Notes under the pieces: model-generated
The model's database searches: none
The model's input: only the letters and a program-made list of their open reading frames with translations
What the model was told of the DNA's origin: nothing
Program-made: the position numbers and the translations under genes
Shown: positions 9,901 to 16,942 of the stretch, piece after piece
Numbering within the stretch: the first letter of the stretch is position 1
Layout of the letters: every line of letters begins with the position of its first letter
Assembly: GCA_016934075.1 (NCBI GenBank)
Contig: JAFGTN010000578.1
Location: 1-42,454, forward strand
Length of the DNA: 42,454 nucleotides
Source of the DNA: Pirellulales bacterium
GTDB lineage: Bacteria; Planctomycetota; Planctomycetia; Pirellulales; Thermoguttaceae
Reading direction: 5' to 3'

Positions 9901-9932
9901 TCGACCTGATTTTACGTGACGGCTTGTTCTAA
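3921..9932 (+). CDS. Giant (2003 aa) secreted multidomain protein: clostripain-like (C11) cysteine peptidase core, multiple PPC-like and Ig-like modules, C-terminal dockerin-like repeat
   Basis: ATG at 3921. The N-terminus is basic and carries FEQLEDRRLLA (nt 4053..4085). C11-like dyad motifs are IYLDADNNLEG, YWDHGNG (His codon 5340..5342) and GFDACLMG (Cys codon 5460..5462). There are about six PPC-like modules marked by (D/E)D-aromatic-(F/Y)-x-(F/V/L) cores: EDDSFVVEL, DEDWFSFTL, GDWYSVEV, GDIDTFTIEL, DDFYSFSL, DEDWYRLAV. Two copies of an Ig-like pair are present (DTSPPRIV / DTTGPRII). The tail contains NPYDFNRDGFVNATDVTIAQLN (nt ~9734-9775). Confidence 0.8.
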   Translation: MSGFGRKAKRLAWGNRFFGKNCRARTRAITAKSSDQHHRFHQTRFEQLEDRRLLAPVIEGMGEISGSFLPGSLIYHRSIVGEISSTVEDDSFVVELDQDQTITAVVNASELFQPGVYICGPDGSNIGSAASSAPGEKTVAQTISVREAGSYTIHVYGLNGSTGTYDAVLTFNAAEEQENPGEATNNLFTNAESIDASFIGFSGGAAFRGAVVGKLAGTSTDEDWFSFTLDAGSTASLLLAADPGESQGQSPTTGNRPQLELFDAQGTRLALGVDVDIKIAEDTTVLGHSIEHFVAASDSTFYARVVGQDLNYTLVVTADAALDLGNNSNSTLLNIDQALPPWEGGPSQDISDREGVLGEIGNIVSGWTFMIYLDADNNLEGAGIEDFLEMSSVGSTEDVNIVVQFDRAFSYDYSYDNWTGARRGLVNQGDVPDLNWGNDIGEVDMGNPQTVIDFVEWSMEEYPAGNYALIYWDHGNGFEGICTDSSSGDELEMTDLVTVIDATESVNLVGFDACLMGMTEVAYQYRNGADVMLASEATEWLDGWEYQNFLDDLVADPTMSAEILAGHIIDAFGDRYDADGDSTLSAIDLARMVSVDSPFISGINQFSDWMTTSATTDDWDAVDNASDTAKRWSEPNYIDLGDFITRIGQSDISPELSAIVDQLLDALDSVVLENYGGISAPNTGLSIYLPQLFGYVSSGYNEDLDFVADTHWDDFITASLPSTLAVSTSAASRFSGLPSYMPQVYGPLEPVIYGPVLSQSADSIIASLLRPYSSSTHRKGWILDGSTQSDSSTTPKREATSAEDAYFTGDWYSVEVAAGDWLTVWTTTPGDGDFDFRNTFDPYIELYDPNGQLLTSDDNTVYGRNALISHSAETSGRYWIRVDASPLYPNSTGQYFLRVLEPEGPSAPLSISSTSLPDGTQRSETITSVMVVFSDQLLLSTLDASALTIDGTIEAAGYTVLNGNTVHFDLPVDIGEGSHTLEIAAGSIYDIQGTPVTAYTSSFEIDTSPPRIVESSIQQGDLLLAGQLVYQATFDQSLRVENLDPTDVLLVGSEGGQIAATALNYNPDTKTVSVEFSSLGEDNYSLRLLSGDGHFEDTSGTDLDGEATAFPIGPNTSGDGLPGGDFIVEFSTEIESLSIPGPVQDVLPAGSLVRLLTATGSVGQSGDIDTFTIELQAGQTLATVLHSSETLVSMLIVTDPGGGISTSVAQTPGQNIFHQATATMDGTYEVLVTGTPDTLGDYDLQVIVNACVELETYTEISNNTVLTAQILDGNFINLTDSQGATPQRAAVIGSLADEPGDDFYSFSLAAQQTASIALNSNGSGKMTFELIDSAGNLLSISAESENADAAIHGFTTSTAGTYYLRVIGESEYSMVVTRGAEFDLESNDTLLDAQDITNAGGVLGFIDVSSDEDWYRLAVDAGQTIEIETFLPLNGSGLLASSLNPAIELYDPQGNIVIADSDSAVDGINAIVIHEAAQTGSYKLRVLAEQGQGGYYVSMDLGDSFPGYTAPSVIATDLDNGATIAFFPMVYTADFSEQLLLTSLQPGDLTVEGMPALNYTVVDGDTISFELDPQLYTTHGDGVYQVLLGAGAVTDLQGVGNQEYAGTFTVDTTGPRIIATTWNGQSFPANSELPAGRLEFEAVFDEDLYVDTEIRPTDVLDPNNVLLVEASSSTLYSPDEISYDLQTDRYKVVYDYLPHGSYVFVLLSQDGGFEDAVGNDLDGEFGPGLDGAPTGDGIPGGSYSTIFNIVSNSHVVGRHIFYNNSQWDGDETAPGVNDDPAIATDKSPLLPGETAVFANYTSYDKGINGIMIDVDNLLPTIDPDVDDFTFRVGNNADTGTWSEAPEPSSITLRRGEGVGGSDRITVIWDDGAITKQWLQVTLSGQRLGLPADDVFYWGNAIGEVGDHPTQALVNATDILAARDNPQQSPGETTITNPYDFNRDGFVNATDVTIAQLNKTSPLTALRMIEAPFETGGEAASRSDSSDEYNQETLIDLILRDGLF
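5020..5950 (+). other. Approximate extent of the clostripain-like (peptidase C11) domain inside the giant ORF
   Basis: Runs from WTFMIYLDADNNLEG to GLSIYLP. The His-Gly (WDHGNG) and Ala-Cys (FDACLMG) motifs have the order and spacing expected for the C11 catalytic dyad. Boundaries were set by eye. Confidence 0.6.
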
Positions 9933-9963
9933 CGGCCCGGAATAATCGCGCGGCGCTGTAATA

Positions 9964-11511
9964 CTAAGACTTTCTCTCACGCTTAGAACGTTTTGTGATG
10001 GCAGAAAGTTCGTTGCTTAGTTGCTCATCCTTGAGACTTCCCAGGTTCGGTTTCAAGGATTTATACAAGGCCTTGAATTCGTCTGTCCTTTTCAAACGGG
10101 CTAGAGCTATGCACTCCCCGGCCAGACCGAATACCTGGAGTTCTTTATCATCGGGATCGAACGTGGCAAGGTAATGGCAAATCTCCAGGGCGCGAACGTC
10201 GTCACCTTCGCGCAAGTATAGGCGAGCCAATTGCTGATAGGCACGGCGAACGTAGTTTTTCTTCTGAGGATAATACTTGATCAGTGCCAGCCAGGCGTTT
10301 TCCGTATCGGACTTTGTGGCGGCAATCCACTGAAGCAAAACGGTTTTTTCTCGTTCAACCGGAGGTCCCGCATCTCGGGCGATTTGTGATTTATCGATCA
10401 AGGGTTCTTGTGTTGTAAAAGGCCAGGCGATCAAGGCGCCGACACTTGTGGCAAGGAGTAATGCTACCGGCAAGGCTGCGCGTTTATAATCCCTGGACGC
10501 CGGCATTTCCGCTGTGTCCATCAAAGCCTGAATCCGCTGTGTTGCCCTCACCGGCTCATGAGGCATGCTTTCCAGCCCGGATGCAGTCCATCCGGGAAGA
10601 TTTTCCGGCCAGGAATCTCCCAGTTCCTCAGTTTGCAGTTTACGCAAGTCTTTGAGTAGTTGGCGCGAAGACTGATACCGGTCTTTGGGATTCTTAGCCA
10701 ACATTCGGTGAACGATGCGGCAAAGCTCTGAGGGCAAATCGTCGCGAAATTCCTGCAATGGTGGCGGGTCTTTTTTGAGATGCTGCACGGCAACACTTAG
10801 TGAGGTTTGGCCTCCGAAAGGTGGCCGGCCGGCAAACATTTGATAGCACGTTACGCCAAAGCTGTATATATCACTGCGAGGATCAAGGGTTTTGCCTTCT
10901 ACCTGCTCCGGGCTCATATAAAGTGGCGTACCAAGTGTGATGCCGACCTGCGTAAGGTCCACTCCATCGTAATGCCGTGGAAGCCTGGCCAACCCGAAAT
11001 CAGCTACCTTGACTTCGCCGGAATTGGTAACCAGAATGTTTTCGGGCTTGATGTCACGGTGGACAATATTATGTTCAGCGGCTTTGTTCAGCGCGGCTGC
11101 AACCTGGCGGATAATCGAGAGCGCGTGTGGTAAATCCGGCTTTGGGTTGCCGGCAATCCACTGTCGAAGGTTTTGGCCTTCGACGTATTCTTGCGCAATA
11201 AAATCGACATCCTCGAAGCAACCCACCTCATGGATTTGTACGATGTTGGCATGAATCAGCGAAGCCGCAGCTTCTGCTTCACGCTGAAGACGCTTACGAT
11301 ATGTTTCGTCGTGAGCAAGATCCGGCTTAAGAATTTTTATGGCGACAAGCCGTTTGAGCGAACTTTGTTCGGCCAGGTAGACTTCCGCCATGGCTCCTTG
11401 CCCGAGCCGACGCAGGAGTTGGTATCCTCCCAGCCGGCGACCCGACATATCGCGGCATTGAGTCTGCGGCTCCCCCGGGGGCGATGGCTCATGTTCGTTT
11501 AAGTCGCTCAT
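9964..11511 (-). CDS. Membrane-anchored Hanks-type Ser/Thr protein kinase with TPR-like C-terminal domain
   Basis: ATG at 11509-11511. Motifs: GQGAMAEVYLA...VAIK, HRDIKPENILV (nt ~11041-11070), DFGLA, GTPLYMSPEQ. A predicted TM helix AALPVALLLATSVGALIAWPF is followed by a helical-repeat tail. The gene lies 24 nt downstream of the TPR gene on the same strand. Confidence 0.9.
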   Translation of the reverse strand: MSDLNEHEPSPPGEPQTQCRDMSGRRLGGYQLLRRLGQGAMAEVYLAEQSSLKRLVAIKILKPDLAHDETYRKRLQREAEAAASLIHANIVQIHEVGCFEDVDFIAQEYVEGQNLRQWIAGNPKPDLPHALSIIRQVAAALNKAAEHNIVHRDIKPENILVTNSGEVKVADFGLARLPRHYDGVDLTQVGITLGTPLYMSPEQVEGKTLDPRSDIYSFGVTCYQMFAGRPPFGGQTSLSVAVQHLKKDPPPLQEFRDDLPSELCRIVHRMLAKNPKDRYQSSRQLLKDLRKLQTEELGDSWPENLPGWTASGLESMPHEPVRATQRIQALMDTAEMPASRDYKRAALPVALLLATSVGALIAWPFTTQEPLIDKSQIARDAGPPVEREKTVLLQWIAATKSDTENAWLALIKYYPQKKNYVRRAYQQLARLYLREGDDVRALEICHYLATFDPDDKELQVFGLAGECIALARLKRTDEFKALYKSLKPNLGSLKDEQLSNELSAITKRSKRERKS

Positions 11512-11535
11512 ATTGGCCTATTACTAAGCCTGTAT

Positions 11536-14500
11536 CTACTTCAGATCTTCTAGAAGCTTCCGATATGCTGGCCGTTCCAGAGGTTGGAGATTATCTTCAT
11601 AAAGCCCCATATTTTGGGCTTTCTTCAAAACCGCCGCAGCCTTGTTTTTTTGTTTCGCGCCGTTGAGTGCCTGTGCCAGATGGAACAAACGCATAGGCGT
11701 CGGTCTGCCGCCGATAGCCGCATTGAGCTCCGCGATAGCTTTCTGCCATTCGCCACGCGCAATATATGCGCTGGCACGTGAATCTCGCAGGACAGGTTTG
11801 GCTCCGGCAATTTCTATGGCCTGATTGATCAGCTTCAACGACTCGTCTGGCTTTATGTTGCGAAGAGCAAGAAATACGCCCAGATTGTTCAACGCCACAA
11901 CATCTTTGGGATCCTTGGCAAGAGCTTTTCTGTAAAGGGCCTCCGCCTCTTCATAGCGTCTCTGTGAACATCGCAACTCGGCCATGGCCAGAATTAACGG
12001 GTTACTTTCGCCGAAAGTTATACTCGCATCGTTAATAACTCTCTCGATACGTTTTATCTGATCTGGAGACGCGTCTCCCTTGATGATAATCGCCACGGCG
12101 GACGTGGCTACACTCGAGGGATTGCCTTTTTTCCATGCCGTCTCTATTATGTCAAGCGCCTCGTCTCGTTTGCCGTGCTGGCCTATAAAACTAACAAGTC
12201 GCAAGGCACCATCGGGATATAATTTTGCGATATCTCGCCAATATTTTTCTGCACGAGCAATCAGTATTTTCGCTCCGGCTAGTTTTTTGGGATCGTTTCC
12301 TTTCTCGCTACTAGGCAGTTTCGCGATCAATTCTTCTAGTGTCATTGTGGCGTTTACAAGGCGGGCTGTTTTTTGCTTTTCCGCTTCGCTTGCACTGATA
12401 ATAGCGGTTGAAGGTGTACTGTTTACATACTTATCAAGAATTGCCAGAATCCGGTCGTATTGTTCGCGGTCGGCAAGTATACGCGCCGAATATTTGATAA
12501 TCCCAAAATTGTCCGGATCTATTTGCTGCAGACGTTTGAGATACGATTCGGCACTAGCGAACTCGTTTCGATCGAGCAATACCTCGATGTAATAACGCAA
12601 CCATTTTGGCTTGACTGTTTCTTCTGCAAGTAGTTCTCGCATTTGTCGAGTAACACCCGACCAATCGTCTTTGGCTAGCATGATACCAGCCATGAGAAAA
12701 CGATCTTCTGGCTTGGGGTTTGGCAGCGACAAGAGTTTTTGCACGAGTTTGGAAGCCTCTTCAAGCTCCTCCAGATTGCCGAAAGAGGCCAATATCCTGG
12801 CTTTTTCACGAATGTCGTTTTCAGATGATGGATTGTCTTTAAGGTTGATGTTAAGCAACTCTATGGCATCGTGCCTATTTGCTAATCCGCCAAGTGAAAA
12901 AAGCATTAACGCCATACGATGCCGCGCCCATTCCTTGTCATATTCCGAAGCCGGCTGCTTACCTTCCACGATCTTTTTCAACAGCGCTTCAGCCTCCTCC
13001 AATTTTTTGTCTCGCAAATAAAATGTCGCAAACAACCTAGCGGCGGAGTCTTTACCGTCCGAATTGGCCACTGCAATCTGATATTGCTGCTGGGCTTCCG
13101 GGTTGCGGCCTAGACTTTCATAGCAACGTGCTAAAGCGAGTGGGAGTCGCTTTTTGTCAATCTTTTTTCGGACATCTTTAATAACTTCAAGAGCTTCGGA
13201 TTCTTTGCCACTTTGTTTGAGCAACCATACTAGCGCGACCCACACATTCGTTTCGTCAGGAGCGAGTTCTATAGCTTTACGCAGAGACGCTTCCGCTTCG
13301 GCGCGAAGATCTTTGGCGTGTGATTCATTCTTAGCTAATTGCGCCTGCAGTGCTAGGCTGCTCAGGATTTGACCGAGTCGAAGGTGCTCGCGGAAGTCTT
13401 TCGAGTTTTCGGCGATTTTGCGAAAGCTTTCCACGCCTTTCTCTCGGTCACCGTGTAATATCTCGTCTTGCGCTTGTCGAATTTTTGCGTAGTCGGATAT
13501 CTGCCCACCTTGTTTTTCGAGAAGATCAATCATGCGTTGCGCTTCGTCATTTCGGCCGTCTTCGTAAAGCAATGTGATCAGCGCACCGATTCCCCGATTG
13601 TCCCGGGAGCCTTTCTCAACGGCTTCCATGAAATTCTCGATGGCCGCTTTCTTGTTGTCTTTGCGAAGTTCGATTTTTCCGGCCAACATGAAAATATGCT
13701 CCCAGTTTGGTCGAAGGATTTTTGCACGGGCAAGATGTTTGAGCGCTTCATCATAAAGCGATTCTTCACCAGTTTCGTCCACCTTAGTGGCTAGTCGCAT
13801 TGCTTCGTAGAAATGCCACAGGGGCCCATCTTGCTCGATTCTGTGTATTTCCTTTACAGCCGCAGCCATGGCGTCGTCGTCTTTTTTTTCCGCCGAGATT
13901 TCAAATAACAAGATGCGGATTTTCATGTTTGTAGGATCTCTGTCGGCTTCCTTGCGACATAGTTGTTGCGCCAATTCAAGATCGCCGATCTGTCGAGCGT
14001 AAATAGCTAAAGAACTCAAGAGTCGACTTTTATCCTGATCCGAGTATTCGTCCGTGTTTTCCGCCAGCCGCTTCAAGGCAGAGGACGCCTGCCCCTTGTC
14101 GCGCTCGGTCATCATCATTCCTTCGGCAAGACGTAACTCAATCGCATCGCCAAGTTCCTTACGGGCATCCAAAAGCAGCGTTTCGACTTCTTTCCAATCT
14201 TCCTTTTTCTGATTAACGCCGATGAGTGCCTGCCAGAATGATATCTCCTTGGGATTCTTCTTACACGCTTCGGCAAGAACTTTTTGAGCCTCGTCGAGTT
14301 TCTCTTGTGCAATCAAAGCACCGGCTGCAATCAGCGGCAAGCGATTGTCTTCGGGATTGGCTTTTTGGGCAACCTTAAGAATCTTCTCGAAAGTAGGCCA
14401 GTCTTTTTTCTCGGTGTTTGGAGCCCGATTTACGTTTAGATAGTGTTGGGCGATCAGAACCCAGGAATCTTTCGGAACTTGCCCCGCCTCTATCATCTCG

Positions 14501-16539
14501 TCAAGTTTTTTGACAGCTTCATCGAACTTGCCCGTGGACAATAACCGGCCGATCGCGGTGAAACCCCTGGATGCCACAATAGACGTCCTGGTCGTGCGTT
14601 TCTTAGCCTCTCTGGCCAGATCCGATCGACCAAGGCGGTCGTAGCAAACAGCGGACATTTCATCACATTTCATCGCCAGCTGAGGACGCCAGCGTGATAG
14701 TTCATCGCGAATTGAATCGCACTCCTTACCGGCTTTGGCCCACTGTCCCTGCACAAAAGCCGTCCTGGCAGAGAGATATCCCCGGAAAACCGGTAATTCA
14801 TAGATCGAGGGCGAGGTTCGCAATTTGTCGGAAATAGTGACGATTTCTTCGCGTATTTTATCCCGCTCACCTTTGTCTGTATTTTTCAATTCACCAAGAT
14901 CATCTATGAGGAAGTTCGCTTTTCTCCAAAGCAATTCCGGCGAGTCATCTATTCGATCCAGCCCTAAATCAATCCATTCCCGAGCCTTCGCCTTGTCGCC
15001 CTCGCTGCTGGCAATCTGACTCAAAAGTGAATATGCGGAAGTGGAATCCATGTAAAAAGCATTTACTCTTTTTGCAAGCAAACACGCGGCATCCATTTCA
15101 TTCTTTGCTGCTTGACATCTTGCCAAAAGAAGCAAAGCATCTTCCAGACTCTCATCGAGTTTGTCCAATTTGGAAACCGTCTCCGTATTGGCATCATTAA
15201 CGGTTTGTAGGGTTTCAGATATTTCTTCGCTGTCGTTTTCCAGGGAAATTTCGACCAAGAATTTTTTCGTTGTCCTAATAGTCTTGGAAGCATTTTTCAA
15301 TGCCGCTGCAATGGCCTTGTCTTCTTCGGGGGATTCTTTGATGCCGGCAACATTGGACGCTGATTTTGCAGCGATTTCCATTTGTTTGGAAGCTGACTCA
15401 AGTTCTTCGACCATCGCTTTCGTGGGATTCGACTGCAAGGGCAATGATTCGGTCAATTCAGACAACGCCTTAGCTGTATCACTAAACGTACCCCCGACAT
15501 TCCGCATCGCAATTGGCATTAACTTCAAAGCCGCTGTGGCGTCGTTAGCCGCTTCATCGGATTTTTGTGTGTTGAGAAGATATTGACCTCTTGCCAAATA
15601 AGCCTGTGGTGAATTCGGGTTAGCATTCACCATGCGATTCATCCAGGTGTCTGGATGGTTCTCGTCCTCTATTTCAATCAGTTTATTTTTAGTACCTTTT
15701 GGCGGTTTCACGCCTTCTTTCTTACCTTCAGGCTCGGTAACATCCGGCTTTGCATCACCTTTCACGGATGTGTCCTGTTTTTTCCCATTGGATTTAGTAT
15801 CAGGCTTGGTGTCAGGCTTGGTGTCAGGCTTGGTGTCAGGCTTAGCTTCCGCAGGTTCCGTCCCATCAGACTTGGCAACTTCATTCGGAACGCCGGCGGG
15901 TACTTTCACGGTGGGATGCAGGTCACGGTCACCGCTAAGTTTCATGTCTTTTCCCAAAATCGCTACAAGCTTTGTATAAGGTTCGATGCTATCGGGTTGT
16001 ATAGTGATCGCCTTTTTGAAGGACTCCTTGGCTAATTCGTATTCCTCTTCATCGGCTTGGCATTGACCGAGCCATGTGAGCAACTGGGCATCATCGGGGG
16101 AGTCTTGAAGCAGTATCTCAAGATGCTCTTTCGCGTCAGCATAACGATGAGTTATGATCGCCACCTCGACAAGATCTCGCCGCACATCGGAAAGAGTGGA
16201 ATCATTCCGGAGAGTTGTCTCGAAAGCACGAAAAGCGCTGGCATAGTAATTTTGGTATTTCGGCCCACCCATTTCTGCAATATCGACCATGAGCGAGCCC
16301 ATTTCGGCTCTCTTCTCATCGTCATCAGGACAAATATTCATATAGCGACGTAGATTCTTAAGTGCATCAAGACGATCCTCGAGCAGATCGCTGTCCTTTG
16401 TCCGTTGGGCCGTTTTGTAATAAAAATTTGCATGTCGGGATATCTGAAAACGATTGAGACCGAATGTTCCAATCGCAATAACCACTCCGAGTCCAACAAT
16501 GATTGCCAGTAAACGAACATTAAGAGAACGCATGAACAC
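11536..16539 (-). CDS. Very large (about 1665 aa) N-terminally membrane-anchored TPR-repeat protein with a K/P/D/T/E-rich low-complexity linker
   Basis: The track start at 16537-16539 is GTG; an in-frame ATG lies at 16531-16533. The N-terminal hydrophobic helix is LLAIIVGLGVVIAIGTFGL. TPR-like A/L/Y/G-patterned helical repeats recur throughout. The low-complexity stretch includes AKPDTKPDTKPDTKPDTK. Confidence 0.85.
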   Translation of the reverse strand: MFMRSLNVRLLAIIVGLGVVIAIGTFGLNRFQISRHANFYYKTAQRTKDSDLLEDRLDALKNLRRYMNICPDDDEKRAEMGSLMVDIAEMGGPKYQNYYASAFRAFETTLRNDSTLSDVRRDLVEVAIITHRYADAKEHLEILLQDSPDDAQLLTWLGQCQADEEEYELAKESFKKAITIQPDSIEPYTKLVAILGKDMKLSGDRDLHPTVKVPAGVPNEVAKSDGTEPAEAKPDTKPDTKPDTKPDTKSNGKKQDTSVKGDAKPDVTEPEGKKEGVKPPKGTKNKLIEIEDENHPDTWMNRMVNANPNSPQAYLARGQYLLNTQKSDEAANDATAALKLMPIAMRNVGGTFSDTAKALSELTESLPLQSNPTKAMVEELESASKQMEIAAKSASNVAGIKESPEEDKAIAAALKNASKTIRTTKKFLVEISLENDSEEISETLQTVNDANTETVSKLDKLDESLEDALLLLARCQAAKNEMDAACLLAKRVNAFYMDSTSAYSLLSQIASSEGDKAKAREWIDLGLDRIDDSPELLWRKANFLIDDLGELKNTDKGERDKIREEIVTISDKLRTSPSIYELPVFRGYLSARTAFVQGQWAKAGKECDSIRDELSRWRPQLAMKCDEMSAVCYDRLGRSDLAREAKKRTTRTSIVASRGFTAIGRLLSTGKFDEAVKKLDEMIEAGQVPKDSWVLIAQHYLNVNRAPNTEKKDWPTFEKILKVAQKANPEDNRLPLIAAGALIAQEKLDEAQKVLAEACKKNPKEISFWQALIGVNQKKEDWKEVETLLLDARKELGDAIELRLAEGMMMTERDKGQASSALKRLAENTDEYSDQDKSRLLSSLAIYARQIGDLELAQQLCRKEADRDPTNMKIRILLFEISAEKKDDDAMAAAVKEIHRIEQDGPLWHFYEAMRLATKVDETGEESLYDEALKHLARAKILRPNWEHIFMLAGKIELRKDNKKAAIENFMEAVEKGSRDNRGIGALITLLYEDGRNDEAQRMIDLLEKQGGQISDYAKIRQAQDEILHGDREKGVESFRKIAENSKDFREHLRLGQILSSLALQAQLAKNESHAKDLRAEAEASLRKAIELAPDETNVWVALVWLLKQSGKESEALEVIKDVRKKIDKKRLPLALARCYESLGRNPEAQQQYQIAVANSDGKDSAARLFATFYLRDKKLEEAEALLKKIVEGKQPASEYDKEWARHRMALMLFSLGGLANRHDAIELLNINLKDNPSSENDIREKARILASFGNLEELEEASKLVQKLLSLPNPKPEDRFLMAGIMLAKDDWSGVTRQMRELLAEETVKPKWLRYYIEVLLDRNEFASAESYLKRLQQIDPDNFGIIKYSARILADREQYDRILAILDKYVNSTPSTAIISASEAEKQKTARLVNATMTLEELIAKLPSSEKGNDPKKLAGAKILIARAEKYWRDIAKLYPDGALRLVSFIGQHGKRDEALDIIETAWKKGNPSSVATSAVAIIIKGDASPDQIKRIERVINDASITFGESNPLILAMAELRCSQRRYEEAEALYRKALAKDPKDVVALNNLGVFLALRNIKPDESLKLINQAIEIAGAKPVLRDSRASAYIARGEWQKAIAELNAAIGGRPTPMRLFHLAQALNGAKQKNKAAAVLKKAQNMGLYEDNLQPLERPAYRKLLEDLK
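15799..15846. repeat. Tandem 12-bp repeat, 4 copies (GTCAGGCTTGGT-like), encoding (KPDT)4 in the TPR gene
   Basis: Read directly: atcaggcttggt gtcaggcttggt gtcaggcttggt gtcaggcttagc. It is in frame and preserves the minus-strand ORF. Confidence 0.9.
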
Positions 16540-16942
16540 ACCTACTGAAATGGTATTTGTTTTCCTGCCGCCCGATGGGGGGGTGAGCGAAGTGCTCTGA
16601 CGGTTTGATTTTCTAATAGACCTTTATTGTAACACGGTTTTGCAAATGGAAGCAGCAATCATCGCTATTGAGAGTATAAAACCTTCCGCAACGACCCGTT
16701 CGCATAATTCATGTCGATATAGCCTGGCACGCGGAATATCCAAATTATGACGAATTCAAGTTTTCTGCGGTAGCACGGCTGTTTATCGGGCATTCGCGAC
16801 CAGATTGATCTAATGTGAAGACAAACACGATAACTATCATTATTTGAAAGCCAATGTATTCTTCGATTCGTCGTACACTTTAATGGGCTAGCAACTTCGG
16901 CATCAGCTATTACCCATTAAAAATGACAAAAAACCACTAGAT
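16540..16942. promoter_or_regulatory. 403-bp non-coding spacer: downstream of the glycan locus (wecB-like stop) and upstream of the TPR-kinase operon, so a likely promoter/leader for the latter
   Basis: No ORF of 60 aa or more on either strand. AT-rich compared with both flanks. It is the only large gap in 32 kb of minus-strand genes. Confidence 0.35.

Noticed and set aside
12080-16353. Plus-strand ORFs inside the TPR gene (e.g. 12080..12592, 12611..13021, 15161..15586, 15632..15979 with GLVS repeats)
   Set aside because: These are shadow ORFs of a 5-kb minus-strand gene. The (GLVS)n stretch is simply the antisense reading of the (KPDT)4 repeat. The Ser/Phe/Leu-rich composition shows no domains.
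16879-16923. Hairpin TTTAATGGG-N-CCCATTAAA just downstream of the wecB-like stop as an intrinsic terminator
   Set aside because: The stem is AT-rich with a long, partly paired loop. On the transcribed (minus) strand it is followed by GUGUACGACG rather than a U-tract, so it is not a canonical Rho-independent terminator.
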